64,000 bases of DNA from Fimbriimonadales bacterium (GCA_051003155.1 JBPCLO010000008.1:18152-82151), one strand, 5' to 3'. Counted from the first letter of the stretch, positions 52,128 to 61,587 are shown. Made by a program: numbers and translations. Notes: a model not told the origin generated them from the letters alone.

Positions 52128-52298
52128 GTTAGAGCCGTTTTCCTTGCTCAGGGGATTCTCATGGTTCAATTCCCACAGCTTTGCCGGGGACAGGGACGTC
52201 CCCTCGCGGCCCGCCCTAGGAGTGGCCTCCGTTTACGGAATGGAACCGACCACCGCCTCCCTGACGACGTCTCCCCCTTCTTATACGACAGCTCCTAC
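52128..52298 (-). ncRNA. Candidate rod-shaped structured RNA (6S-like or cis-regulatory)
   Basis: Three nested helices with G-U pairs favouring the minus strand; see findings. Confidence 0.3.
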
Positions 52299-52326
52299 AC
52301 GCCGCCGGGGAGCCCGGTGGATTTGG

Positions 52327-53655
52327 CTATCCGGCCACGGCGGCAGCAGGCTCACGGGTGGTCCAGAGCTGATCGGTGTAGACATTGCCGCCGCTGAAGG
52401 TCAGCAGAGCCTTACCTTTGAACTTCGATCCGTGGTACGGGCTGTTTTTGCCTTTGCTGAAGGTCTTTTGCACGTCGAAGGTCCACTCCACGTTTGGGTC
52501 CATCACGGCCACTTGGGCTATCGGCGTCCGGCCAGGCTTGAGCGTGCCCCCGTCCAGGCGGAATATCTCCGCCGGCCGGGTGCTCATGCGTCGAATGGTC
52601 TCCAAGGGCGATAGCACTCCTCGGTGGGTCAGCGTCGTCAGCGTAATGCCGACGGCCGTTTCCAGCCCCACGATGCCGAACGGAGCACTGTCGAATGGGT
52701 TGTCCTTCTCGTTGCTGGCGTGCGGCGCATGGTCGGTGCTGATGCAGTCGATCGTGCCGTCGCCGAGCGCCTGGGTGATGATGTCCACGTCCACCCGCGT
52801 GCGAAGCGGCGGGCTCATTTTGTAATTGGCATCGAATGGGATCATGTCCTCGTCGATCAGCGAAAAGTGATGCGGACAAACCTCGGCGGTAACGGGCGCG
52901 CCGAGGCGCTTCGCCTGCTGGATAATTTCGACCGAGCCCCACGTGCTCACGTGGAGGATGTGCACCGGGCAGCCCGTTTCCAGGCTGAGCATGCAGTTCC
53001 TCGCCACGTGAATCTCTTCGGCTGTCCGGGGCATGCCCTTAAGGCCGAGCATCGCGCTGACTGAGCCTTCGCTCATGCTCGCGCCCTGGGTCAGGCTGGT
53101 GTCCTCGCAAGGCAAAGCGACCGGCAGGTCGAGCTGCCGGCAAATCTCCATGCAGTGAAGGAGAACCTGCGAATTCTGGATCGGGAACGCGTCGTCGCTG
53201 GCCGCGACAATCCCCGCCATCTTCAACGAAGCCAGGTCTGCCGGAGTTTCACCGTCCATGCCCTTCGTCAGCGCCCCAATCGGAGCGACGAAGATTCCCC
53301 CGGCCTCGGGCGACGCGCTCCGGTCGAGGATAAAGTCGATCAGGGCAGGGTTGTCGAGCGTAGGCTTCGTGTTCGGCATGCAGCAAATCGTCGTGAAGCC
53401 CCCCGCGGCCGCCGCCTGGGTTCCCGAGATGATGGTCTCTTTGTGCGCAAACCCCGGCTCGCGCAGGTGGACGTGCAGGTCGACTAGGCCGGGCGTAATC
53501 CACATGCCCGCACAGTCGTACCGCTCGTCGGCGTCCCTCTCGTCTACTTTTTCGCCGACCTCCTGAATCTGGTCGTCCACGATAGTCACCGACCCGATCA
53601 TGTCGAGGTTTTGGGATGGATCCAGGATTCTGCCGTTCTTGAGGACTATTTTCAT
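52327..53655 (-). CDS. pyrC: Dihydroorotase
   Basis: DLHVHLREPG, MPNT, EVCPHH, PPLR, STDHAPH. Confidence 0.95.
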   Translation of the reverse strand: MKIVLKNGRILDPSQNLDMIGSVTIVDDQIQEVGEKVDERDADERYDCAGMWITPGLVDLHVHLREPGFAHKETIISGTQAAAAGGFTTICCMPNTKPTLDNPALIDFILDRSASPEAGGIFVAPIGALTKGMDGETPADLASLKMAGIVAASDDAFPIQNSQVLLHCMEICRQLDLPVALPCEDTSLTQGASMSEGSVSAMLGLKGMPRTAEEIHVARNCMLSLETGCPVHILHVSTWGSVEIIQQAKRLGAPVTAEVCPHHFSLIDEDMIPFDANYKMSPPLRTRVDVDIITQALGDGTIDCISTDHAPHASNEKDNPFDSAPFGIVGLETAVGITLTTLTHRGVLSPLETIRRMSTRPAEIFRLDGGTLKPGRTPIAQVAVMDPNVEWTFDVQKTFSKGKNSPYHGSKFKGKALLTFSGGNVYTDQLWTTREPAAAVAG

Positions 53656-54593
53656 GCCTTGGCGCTCGCTTTCTTCCGTGCGGGAACCTTCGCGGCGCCG
53701 TTGAAGGCGGTCTCGAGGACGGCCATCCTAACGAAAACGCCATTGGCGACTTGTTCGTTGATCACCGAATGCTTCCCGTCGGCAACGGCGTCGTCGAGTT
53801 CCAGTCCCCGGTTAACCGGCCCCGGGTGCATAAGCAAACAATCCGGCTTCGCGAACCTGAGCGCGAGGTTGTTGATCTGGTACATCGACGCGTACTCGCC
53901 GATGCTCGAAACCAGTCCGCCGCTCATCCGCTCGCTCTGTAGCCGCAGGGCCATCACGACGTCAGCGTTTTCGATTCCCGAATACAGGTCGTAATGAATC
54001 GAGGCCGGCAGGTGGCCTGGATACCGCGGTATCAACGTGCGCGGCCCCACGAGGCGAACTTCCGCGCCGAGCTTGGAAAGGAGCCAGAGGTTGCTCCTCG
54101 CGACGCGGCTATGCTGGATATCCCCGACAATCGCTACCTGCAGGCCATCCGGCTTGCCCTTATGCTCGATGATGGTCAGCGCGTCGGCAAGGGCCTGTGT
54201 CGGGTGCTCGTGCATTCCGTCTCCGGCATTGATCACCGGGCCACCGAAGAATCGCGACGCCACGTACGGCGCCCCGCTCGATTCGTGCCGCATGACGAGG
54301 CCATCGACCCCTTCGTGCTTGAGAGTGAGCACCGTGTCCTTGAGCGATTCGCCTTTGCTCATGCTAGAGCCCATCACTCCGAACGACGTGTGCGAAAATC
54401 CGAGCCTACCAGCCGCCATTTCGAAGCTAACGCGGGTACGTGTGCTGTTCTCGAAGAAGAGCATCCCAATGACCTTGCCGGGAAACTGCGGCAGCGGCTT
54501 GCCGGCCAGGCAGACCTTCTTCAGCCTTGCGGAGCTTACGAGTAGCCGCTGGATGTCGGCAGCTACCATCTCTCTGATGCTCAGGAGATGCAA
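53652..54593 (-). CDS. pyrB: Aspartate carbamoyltransferase
   Basis: FFENSTRTRVSFE, NAGDG.HEHPTQAL, RLQSER, MHPGP.NRG. Confidence 0.97.
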   Translation of the reverse strand: MHLLSIREMVAADIQRLLVSSARLKKVCLAGKPLPQFPGKVIGMLFFENSTRTRVSFEMAAGRLGFSHTSFGVMGSSMSKGESLKDTVLTLKHEGVDGLVMRHESSGAPYVASRFFGGPVINAGDGMHEHPTQALADALTIIEHKGKPDGLQVAIVGDIQHSRVARSNLWLLSKLGAEVRLVGPRTLIPRYPGHLPASIHYDLYSGIENADVVMALRLQSERMSGGLVSSIGEYASMYQINNLALRFAKPDCLLMHPGPVNRGLELDDAVADGKHSVINEQVANGVFVRMAVLETAFNGAAKVPARKKASAKA

Positions 54594-55123
54594 GCGGCTC
54601 CTCTCTTCGTAAGCCGAACCTCGTCCTCACCATTGGCGCCCGCCAGCAGCACCTCGATGTACTCGTCGTCGGCGACCTCCAGCTTCTTGCCGACGTAGTC
54701 GGCCTCGATCGGCAGTTCTCTTCCGCCCCGGTCGATCAAAACGGCTAATTGAATCAGCTCGGACCTGCCGTGCCGCATCAACGCGTCCAGCGCGGCTCGA
54801 ACCGTCCTACCTGTTTGAAGGACCTCGTCGACCAAAATGACCCTCTTCCCCGTGACCGCGAACGGTATTTCGCTCTCGTCGGCCGTGTCCTCGCCTTCGG
54901 ATCGATCGTCGCGAAAGGCCCGGATATCCAGGCTGCCGCACGGGATCGTTGTCCCTTCGATCTGGGTCATCACGAAGGCGAGGCGTTTGGCTACCGGGAA
55001 TCCGCTCTTGAGGACCCCGACGACCACGAGGTTGTCCGGCCCCTTGTTGTTCTCGAGCACCTCGTGAGCCATGCGCCCAAGGGTTCGCTTTACGTCACCG
55101 GCTTCGAGCCCGAGGGTCCCCAT
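54581..55123 (-). CDS. pyrR: PyrR regulator / uracil phosphoribosyltransferase
   Basis: RMAHEVLE, LVDEVLQTGRTVRAALDAL, LIDRGGRELPI. Confidence 0.93.
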   Translation of the reverse strand: MGTLGLEAGDVKRTLGRMAHEVLENNKGPDNLVVVGVLKSGFPVAKRLAFVMTQIEGTTIPCGSLDIRAFRDDRSEGEDTADESEIPFAVTGKRVILVDEVLQTGRTVRAALDALMRHGRSELIQLAVLIDRGGRELPIEADYVGKKLEVADDEYIEVLLAGANGEDEVRLTKRGAACIS

Positions 55124-55157
55124 GGTACGCTCATTATGGCAAGCCAGCGTCTTGAAT

Positions 55158-55997
55158 ATGCAAGAAGCGAAAACCAACCGACGGCCCCTACTCCTTTTCC
55201 TCTCCATCGTGGTTCTTTATCTTGTCCTGTGGGTGGTCAATGCCCGGCTTGCCGTGCCCATCGAGTGGCTACGAACGGGGTCGATTATCGCCTCGATCGT
55301 GTTCATCGGGCTCCCGATCATTGGCATTTACTGCGGAAGCAAGCTCGACTGGACATCACTAAAGGCGCTTCTATCGATGGCAAGTTGTCTGGCGATCTTA
55401 GCCCTGCTGGGTCTCGGCCAGACGAGCGAACCGGTTTTGGTCGGCGTTCTCCAGATTGCGCGCTTGGGCTGGCCGTTCGCGCTCGGAATTCTGGTGACCG
55501 TGCTAATTAAGGACAAGAACCTCTTGCTGCCGATTGCCGTCGTCATCGCGACGGTAGACATCCTTGCGGTTTTCGCCCCGGCCGGCACCGTGAAGCAGGG
55601 CTTGGAGAGCGAAACAGTCCGGCCGATCTTCGACGCTCTCGCGTTCCAGGTTCCCAAATTTGGAACGATCGCACCCCAGGCGCAACTGGGACCCGCAGAC
55701 CCGCTGTTCCTCGGCACGTACTTCCATGCAGTGCACAAGTTCAAAATGCGGGAGCGGGCGACTCTCATCTGGGTACTCCCGGCCTTGACTCTCTACCTGT
55801 TGGTCGTTCTGGCTTTCGGCCACCAAGCTTTGTTCGGTATTTCGCTCGGAGCGCTGCCCGCGCTCGTACCGATGGGAATCGCGGTCTTGGCAGCCAATTT
55901 CAAGGAATTCGACCCGAGCAAGGAAGAAAGGCTGATGATCGTCGCGGTGTCGCTCCTGTGTTTGGCGACCTTGGCTGCCGCGGCAATCATTTGGTGA
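55158..55997 (+). CDS. Multi-pass membrane protein, presenilin/SPP (A22)-like aspartyl protease candidate
   Basis: VDILAVF, LGPAD and LPALVP motifs in presenilin order within TM segments. Confidence 0.65.
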   Translation: MQEAKTNRRPLLLFLSIVVLYLVLWVVNARLAVPIEWLRTGSIIASIVFIGLPIIGIYCGSKLDWTSLKALLSMASCLAILALLGLGQTSEPVLVGVLQIARLGWPFALGILVTVLIKDKNLLLPIAVVIATVDILAVFAPAGTVKQGLESETVRPIFDALAFQVPKFGTIAPQAQLGPADPLFLGTYFHAVHKFKMRERATLIWVLPALTLYLLVVLAFGHQALFGISLGALPALVPMGIAVLAANFKEFDPSKEERLMIVAVSLLCLATLAAAAIIW

Positions 55998-57984
55998 CCT
56001 GCGATCTGCGTAACTCCGCCAGGCCGGCTTCCGTCGCGCGTACGAGCTTGCCCTCAGACTCGAAGAAGATTCCATCTTCTAGCCCACGGCTAGTGGGCGC
56101 CGGGCAGCACGCAAATCGGTATCGCCTCGCCAATGCCGTCGCCGTTGCCACCGCATTTTGCCCGCTGACGATGAGGGCCCTGTCATATATCCTCGCGATC
56201 GCGCGGACACAGCCGGCGGGCGGCAGGTCCATCCGTCCGAGCGTGCCGCCCACAGCCGACATCGCATCGACCGCCAACTTACGGAAACCGGAATCTCCGG
56301 TTATGGTGGAAAGGTCCATGTGGTTCCTAGCTGCCAGCGCGCAAATGCTCTCGGTATAGTCGTCGGTAATCTGGACAACCGGCAGCGAGAACTTCGCAAA
56401 GTAAAGCTGCGAGTCGAGAAACGAAACGTACGCCCCGCTCGGATGTGCGAACAACTCCGTAAACCGGCCCATGATTCGGACCGCGTCCTGCAAGGCCGCG
56501 GCATCCCCGGTCGCAAGGTAGTTTTCGATGGCTGCCCGCGCCACCCAGACGTAATCCCCCGCGTAACCGGTGGTTCGCCCGAGTTCCTTATCGGCGTGCA
56601 AGACGTCGCCGAAGGACTGCGTATACTCCGAAATGAGGGCAGCGTACGCGACTTTCCCAACGGCCAAGGCTTGAGCGTCATCGGCTTGCCTCGCATACTC
56701 GAAAAGGCCCGCAATCACCTGCCCATTGACGTCGGCATATACCGACTCATCGTTCTCCGGGGGGTTCCTGTCCCTTCTCCTTCGTATAAGTTTTTGCGCG
56801 TCGGCCGCACGCAGCGACCTGTCCGGCGATACCGCTTCGATCCAGTTGGCCGCACGCCGGAGGGCGAGGAAACCGCGCGCGCCTCCATCCCGAATGAGTC
56901 TAAATCCGTTTAGCTCGGCAATGTCGTCCGCGGTCCATTCGTAATACTCACCCGTACCTTCCTCATCCATTTCCGTTTGCACTCCTGTAAAAAAGAGGCC
57001 CGTCCCGGGATCTTGCATCGACATCACCCACGCGGCGGTCTGCTTGGCTGTGGCAGCAAAAAGCTCCGCGCCGACCAACCGGCTCGCCCGAGCGTAAAGC
57101 CCGGCGAGAAGCGCATTGGGACCGGTTGATTTGGACGGTGTCGGCAACAGCCAGTTCGGCTGCGCCGTTTGGAAGAAGAATCCGCCTTCGACGTGATCGT
57201 AGCAAGGAGACTCCCTCATTTCGAGGAGCCAAAGGCTGCTCAGAGTCGTCAGTTCCATCTTTCCCGATTCCAGCAACATCGCGGGCTGTGTCGCGCTCAC
57301 CGGTAGCAGCGATCGGGCCGGGTGGCCGTTCGAAAAGGTCTGCTGCCAACGGCCGCTTAGGAGGGGCGCCGCATCGGGATGGAGCTTTGCGCCCTGCACG
57401 GCCGAACCCTTAGTCCTCGTGCTCTCGGCTTGGTCGGCACGCGCTTCGAGTTTTAAAGCGTCCTGATATCGATCCCGCGCGACAGCCTCGAGCCGTTCCT
57501 GAAGCGCCCCGACCCTTATCGGGCCGAATTCGAGGATGCGCCCATCCGGGTCGAGAACAACGATAAGGGCACCGCCTGCCTCATAAAGACCTGGCGTGTT
57601 GATGCTGACGGCATCTACGAGCCAGGGGGTCTCGAACGCATCGCATTTGACTGACACAAAGTGGTTGTTCATCAGCCGGACAAAGTCTTCGCCTTCCAGA
57701 AAGGTGTTCTGAAGGATTCGTGAGGCGCCGGATAGCGTGGTGCCGATATCGAGGAGGATCAGCTTGCGGCTCTGTCTGGCAATCTCGAATGCCTCCTCCG
57801 AAAAGGGATACCAATCGACCTTCTGACGTAGGCCATCGCGGACATAGGTCCCATATTCGAATCTCAACCGGTTAGGCTGCCGTTCGGGAAGATAAAGTGA
57901 CGCGAGTTTGAGGCCGAATGCCGCGGCAAAAAGGCCGACGAGCGCATACGTGACAACCGCGTACCGAGGTGAGCGTAGCTGCAT
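55987..57984 (-). CDS. YyaL/SSP411 (DUF255) thioredoxin plus alpha/alpha barrel protein
   Basis: VDWYPFSEEAFE.A....K.ILLDIG, YDHVEGGFF, EGTGEYYEWT, NGQVIAGL, DYVW. Confidence 0.88.
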   Translation of the reverse strand: MQLRSPRYAVVTYALVGLFAAAFGLKLASLYLPERQPNRLRFEYGTYVRDGLRQKVDWYPFSEEAFEIARQSRKLILLDIGTTLSGASRILQNTFLEGEDFVRLMNNHFVSVKCDAFETPWLVDAVSINTPGLYEAGGALIVVLDPDGRILEFGPIRVGALQERLEAVARDRYQDALKLEARADQAESTRTKGSAVQGAKLHPDAAPLLSGRWQQTFSNGHPARSLLPVSATQPAMLLESGKMELTTLSSLWLLEMRESPCYDHVEGGFFFQTAQPNWLLPTPSKSTGPNALLAGLYARASRLVGAELFAATAKQTAAWVMSMQDPGTGLFFTGVQTEMDEEGTGEYYEWTADDIAELNGFRLIRDGGARGFLALRRAANWIEAVSPDRSLRAADAQKLIRRRRDRNPPENDESVYADVNGQVIAGLFEYARQADDAQALAVGKVAYAALISEYTQSFGDVLHADKELGRTTGYAGDYVWVARAAIENYLATGDAAALQDAVRIMGRFTELFAHPSGAYVSFLDSQLYFAKFSLPVVQITDDYTESICALAARNHMDLSTITGDSGFRKLAVDAMSAVGGTLGRMDLPPAGCVRAIARIYDRALIVSGQNAVATATALARRYRFACCPAPTSRGLEDGIFFESEGKLVRATEAGLAELRRSQVTK

Positions 57985-58035
57985 CGAGCAGCCACGATTA
58001 TGCCCGAAGCCGGGGTGTGCTAAACTTCGCCTCTA

Positions 58036-58323
58036 ATGGCGATTACGCGGGATGAACTTGCCCACTTAGCGAACTTGGCACGCCTTCAGCTCTCTGAAGG
58101 GGAGTTCGAAGCCATGCAATCCGACCTCAACCGCGTTCTCGAGCACTTCGAGCGCCTGCAGGCTCTAAACCTTTCGGGGCTCAAGTTGACCCCGCATTCG
58201 GTCGACCTACACAGCATTTGGCGCGAGGATGTTCACGTTCGCGGACTAGATCGTTATGACGTCCTCGCGGGTGCGCCCGAAGTTCAATCCGGCTTGTTCT
58301 TAGTTCCAACCATCATCGAGTAA
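58036..58323 (+). CDS. gatC: Asp/Glu-tRNA amidotransferase subunit C
   Basis: HLANLARL, WRED, F.VP; abuts gatA. Confidence 0.93.
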   Translation: MAITRDELAHLANLARLQLSEGEFEAMQSDLNRVLEHFERLQALNLSGLKLTPHSVDLHSIWREDVHVRGLDRYDVLAGAPEVQSGLFLVPTIIE

Positions 58324-59772
58324 ATGGAACTCTGGGAACTGTCAGCCGCAGAAATGCGGCGCAGACTCGACTCGCGGGAAATCTCCGCCGCGGCCTTAAC
58401 CCGTGCACACCTCGCCCGCATTCGCGACGTCGATCCCGAGGTGAACGCGTTCATAACCGTCTCGGAGGACCGTGCTCTGAGGGACGCGGACACTGCTCAG
58501 AAACGCATCGACGAGGGTTCTGTGTCTGCGCTCACCGGAATTCCTGTTGCCTTGAAGGACAACATGGCCACCCTCGGAATTAAGACGACTTGCGCTTCAA
58601 AGATGCTGGAGAACTATGTTCCTCCCTACTCCGGCACCCTCGAGCGGAAGCTTTCCGGCACCGGAGCCGTTCTGCTCGGCAAGACGAACATGGACGAATT
58701 CGCCATGGGCACGAGCACGGAGTTCAGCGCTTTCTTTCCCACGCGCAACCCGTACGATTTGGAACGAGTTCCCGGGGGAAGCAGCGGGGGCAGCGCTGCT
58801 GCCGTCGCTGCGAGGATGACGCCGATCGCTTTCGGCTCCGACACGGGGGGCAGCGTGCGCCAGCCGGCGTCCCTATGCGGCGTCGTCGGGTTCAAGCCAA
58901 CCTATGGCCGCGTTAGCCGGTATGGCTTGGTTGCTTTCAGCTCATCCCTCGACCAGATCGGCCCATTTGCGCGAACTGTACTGGACGCAATGGACGCATT
59001 CGAGGCTTCGATGGGCCCCGATGGATTGGACTCAACCTGTATGGAGGCGCCATACGACGCAGCTGCAGCGCGAGGGCCGAGCATGAAGGGCCGCCGGCTC
59101 GGTGTTCCCAAAGAGCTCTTGTCGGTTGAGATAGATGCGGCCGTCCGCGAACGCGTTTCCCATGCTCTCGACAAGTTCACCGCGGAAGGCGCCGAGGTCG
59201 ACGAATTCTCCGCATCGATGATCGAACACGGCGTTTCGACCTACTACATCATCGCTCCGGCAGAAGCGAGCAGCAACCTCGCCCGCTTCGACGGCGTTCG
59301 CTACGGGCTGCGAGTCCCAGACGGTTCACACATCGACATGATGAGGGCGACGCGTGCCCAAGGCTTTGGCCGTGAGGTGAAGGAGCGCATCATCATCGGG
59401 ACGCATGTGCTGTCGTCCGGCTATTACGAGGCTTACTATGCAAAGGCGCACCAAGTCCGGACGCTGATGAAACGCCAGTTCCAGGAGGCATTCCAGAAGT
59501 TCGACGCGGTCGTTTGCCCGACTAGCCCGACCACCGCCTTCAAGATCGGCGCGCTGACGGGCGACCCGATGATGTTGAAGCTGCTGGACTACTGCACGAT
59601 TCCTGCCAACATCGGCGGCTTTCCCGCAATCAGCCTGAACTGCGGTTACTTCAAAGGGTTGCCGATCGGCATCCAGTTCGTTTGTGATAGCTTCGAGGAA
59701 GAGAAACTCTTCAGCATTTCGCTCGCCGCCGAGGCGCTCCTGGCATCGCCAGGAGCGCCTCTGGCCGTTTGA
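58324..59772 (+). CDS. gatA: Asp/Glu-tRNA amidotransferase subunit A
   Basis: KDN, GKTNMDEFAMG, PGGSSGGSAA, GSDTGGSVRQPA, SNLARFDGVRYG. Confidence 0.97.
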   Translation: MELWELSAAEMRRRLDSREISAAALTRAHLARIRDVDPEVNAFITVSEDRALRDADTAQKRIDEGSVSALTGIPVALKDNMATLGIKTTCASKMLENYVPPYSGTLERKLSGTGAVLLGKTNMDEFAMGTSTEFSAFFPTRNPYDLERVPGGSSGGSAAAVAARMTPIAFGSDTGGSVRQPASLCGVVGFKPTYGRVSRYGLVAFSSSLDQIGPFARTVLDAMDAFEASMGPDGLDSTCMEAPYDAAAARGPSMKGRRLGVPKELLSVEIDAAVRERVSHALDKFTAEGAEVDEFSASMIEHGVSTYYIIAPAEASSNLARFDGVRYGLRVPDGSHIDMMRATRAQGFGREVKERIIIGTHVLSSGYYEAYYAKAHQVRTLMKRQFQEAFQKFDAVVCPTSPTTAFKIGALTGDPMMLKLLDYCTIPANIGGFPAISLNCGYFKGLPIGIQFVCDSFEEEKLFSISLAAEALLASPGAPLAV

Positions 59773-59881
59773 GCGAGCAAGCTTACTCATTTGCAAGAAC
59801 TGTTCGTAACCGACCCCCACGAGGCCGGGAGCCTAGAATACTTCCGGTCCCCGACCATCGCGGGTGGCTACCAGCACGCTC

Positions 59882-60655
59882 CTATTTGCGACGAGCTCGA
59901 CCGATTAATAACGCTGCACCGACTCCGAGCACCAGGAATGTCGCGGGTTCCGGAACGGGATTCGAGGCCATCCCCAGCCAGAAATCTTCGCCGGTGTCGG
60001 ACACAAACGTCGTTTCACCGGTCGCGTCGTTGACCAGGTGGATGGAGCCGTCGCCGTCCATGGCATAGAGCAAGCCGTCCGAGGCATAGTCCATCGCCGC
60101 AAATATGTTGCCGCCCATGGCGCCGATATGAGTTGCAGTGCCGCCCGGAAATGCGACACTGTACAGGCTGTTGGGCCCCGGCAAGTCGCACCTCGCCATC
60201 ATCGTCGCGGAGTCCTTCATCGCGAACGTCCGCACGGCGCCGGTCTCGGTATCGAAGGTCGAAACGAGCGTAGGCGTTCCATTCGTCACGTCGATCGTAT
60301 AGACGTTGGGTATCGAACCGAAGTCTGTCGCGAGGAGAGTACCTCCGTCGAAGTCCATGCCTTCGATGTTGCCGAGACCGGTGCTGCCCACTAGAGTCCC
60401 GGCCCCGGTCGTAGTATCCAATTGATAGATGTCGCCGATGGTGTCGGCCCCATACAGTTCACCGCCGGGCGATAGCGCGAGCGATTCGAGGAACGCTCCC
60501 TCGGGACCAATCAGCGTCTTCGCACCGGTGGTCAGGTTTACCGAGTAGAGCATGGAGGCTGTGTCTGTTGCGTACGCGAAGACGTCGGCCCGCGACGCGG
60601 ATGCGAGTGCAGCAAGCGCGACCAGCGCTAGTGCTTGAGTTCCTTTTCTTATCAT
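59882..60655 (-). CDS. PEP-CTERM surface protein (beta-propeller-like repeats)
   Basis: Signal peptide; repeated Y.[VI][ND]..TG..T.[VI]G units; VPEPATFLVLGVGAALLIGRARRK. Confidence 0.92.
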   Translation of the reverse strand: MIRKGTQALALVALAALASASRADVFAYATDTASMLYSVNLTTGAKTLIGPEGAFLESLALSPGGELYGADTIGDIYQLDTTTGAGTLVGSTGLGNIEGMDFDGGTLLATDFGSIPNVYTIDVTNGTPTLVSTFDTETGAVRTFAMKDSATMMARCDLPGPNSLYSVAFPGGTATHIGAMGGNIFAAMDYASDGLLYAMDGDGSIHLVNDATGETTFVSDTGEDFWLGMASNPVPEPATFLVLGVGAALLIGRARRK

Positions 60656-60932
60656 CCCTTTCTCCCTTGCAAGGTGCGGGGTCGACCCAGCAGCCCTGAT
60701 GATTCGAGCCACACACCATGCGTGGCCAAGATGATTGTATCACGTGATTCCGAGCCAGTCACGAATTCTGGAATTTTCCTGACATAGTGGGCACAAGGAC
60801 TGCCGACTAGCAACCGGCAAATTTGATGCGGCGACTTGACAACAGCCAGCGGTCGCTATATGGAACTGAAACAGTTGGTAAGCTTGATACCGGCGAACAT
60901 CGCGGAGACGTGATGGAGCAGGTTCAAGTCAC

Positions 60933-61008
60933 GCCCCGGTAGCTCAGCGGATAGAGCAACTGCCTTCTAAGCAGTAGGCCACAGGTTCGAGTCCTGTCCG
61001 GGGCGCCA
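60933..61008 (+). tRNA. tRNA-Arg (anticodon TCT)
   Basis: GCCCCGG/CCGGGGC acceptor stem, ACTGC-CTTCTAA-GCAGT anticodon arm, GGTTCGAGTCC, encoded CCA; 76 nt. Confidence 0.97.
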
Positions 61009-61404
61009 TGTTTTTGAACCTGAATTACCTAGACTTCGGCTGATCTGATGAACCGACAATTCATAGCTGTGGGTTACCGTGTGGGTTATGAGAGGCGGAT
61101 CGGGCACTTTCGGGCGTGCTCTTCGGCGCTGCAGGTCGGTCATCCTTGCAATGCTAACTTTTACTAACGTCGGCGGGAGCGTATTCCGCCGCTTTCATTC
61201 TTTCTTTTCTTTCTTTTCTTTTTCCTAAAGGGAAGGACGGAACGTACGAGATGTACGAACCTGCCCGATTTTGATCCTGGATCGTCGACTGTTGACCTCG
61301 TACATCGCTACGTACTTCGTCTTAATTTACGGGGAAGTACGGTCGATGCCCGGAGCCGCGTTGTTAGCCTTGTCAAGGCCCCGCCAGGACCGTTTTCCTT
61401 TTTG

Positions 61405-61587
61405 TTAGGTGTAGTTCAGGTTTACGCTCTGCACGAAAACGGCCCGCCAGCCCCGCGATTGCGGGCCTACGCTCTCCAAAACACCGTCCATGAGCAGTTC
61501 GACTTCCGCAAGAACCTCCTGCCGCGTATCCCCGGTTATGGTCACGCGGATCTTGTAATGGACTACGTGCCCGGCCCGAAGGCGCAC
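61405..61587 (-). CDS. Small phage hypothetical protein (start uncertain)
   Basis: Protein-like composition, co-directional with neighbouring phage genes. Confidence 0.4.
   Translation of the reverse strand: MRLRAGHVVHYKIRVTITGDTRQEVLAEVELLMDGVLESVGPQSRGWRAVFVQSVNLNYT

Noticed and set aside
52150..52215. c-di-GMP-I riboswitch upstream of the pilin gene
   Set aside because: GCAAAGCTGTGGG is present on the minus strand, but the upstream GGCAAA/GNRA stem and the tetraloop receptor are missing.
55124..55160. PyrR attenuator leader
   Set aside because: No PyrR-binding loop or terminator seen; only ~35 nt separate the divergent genes.
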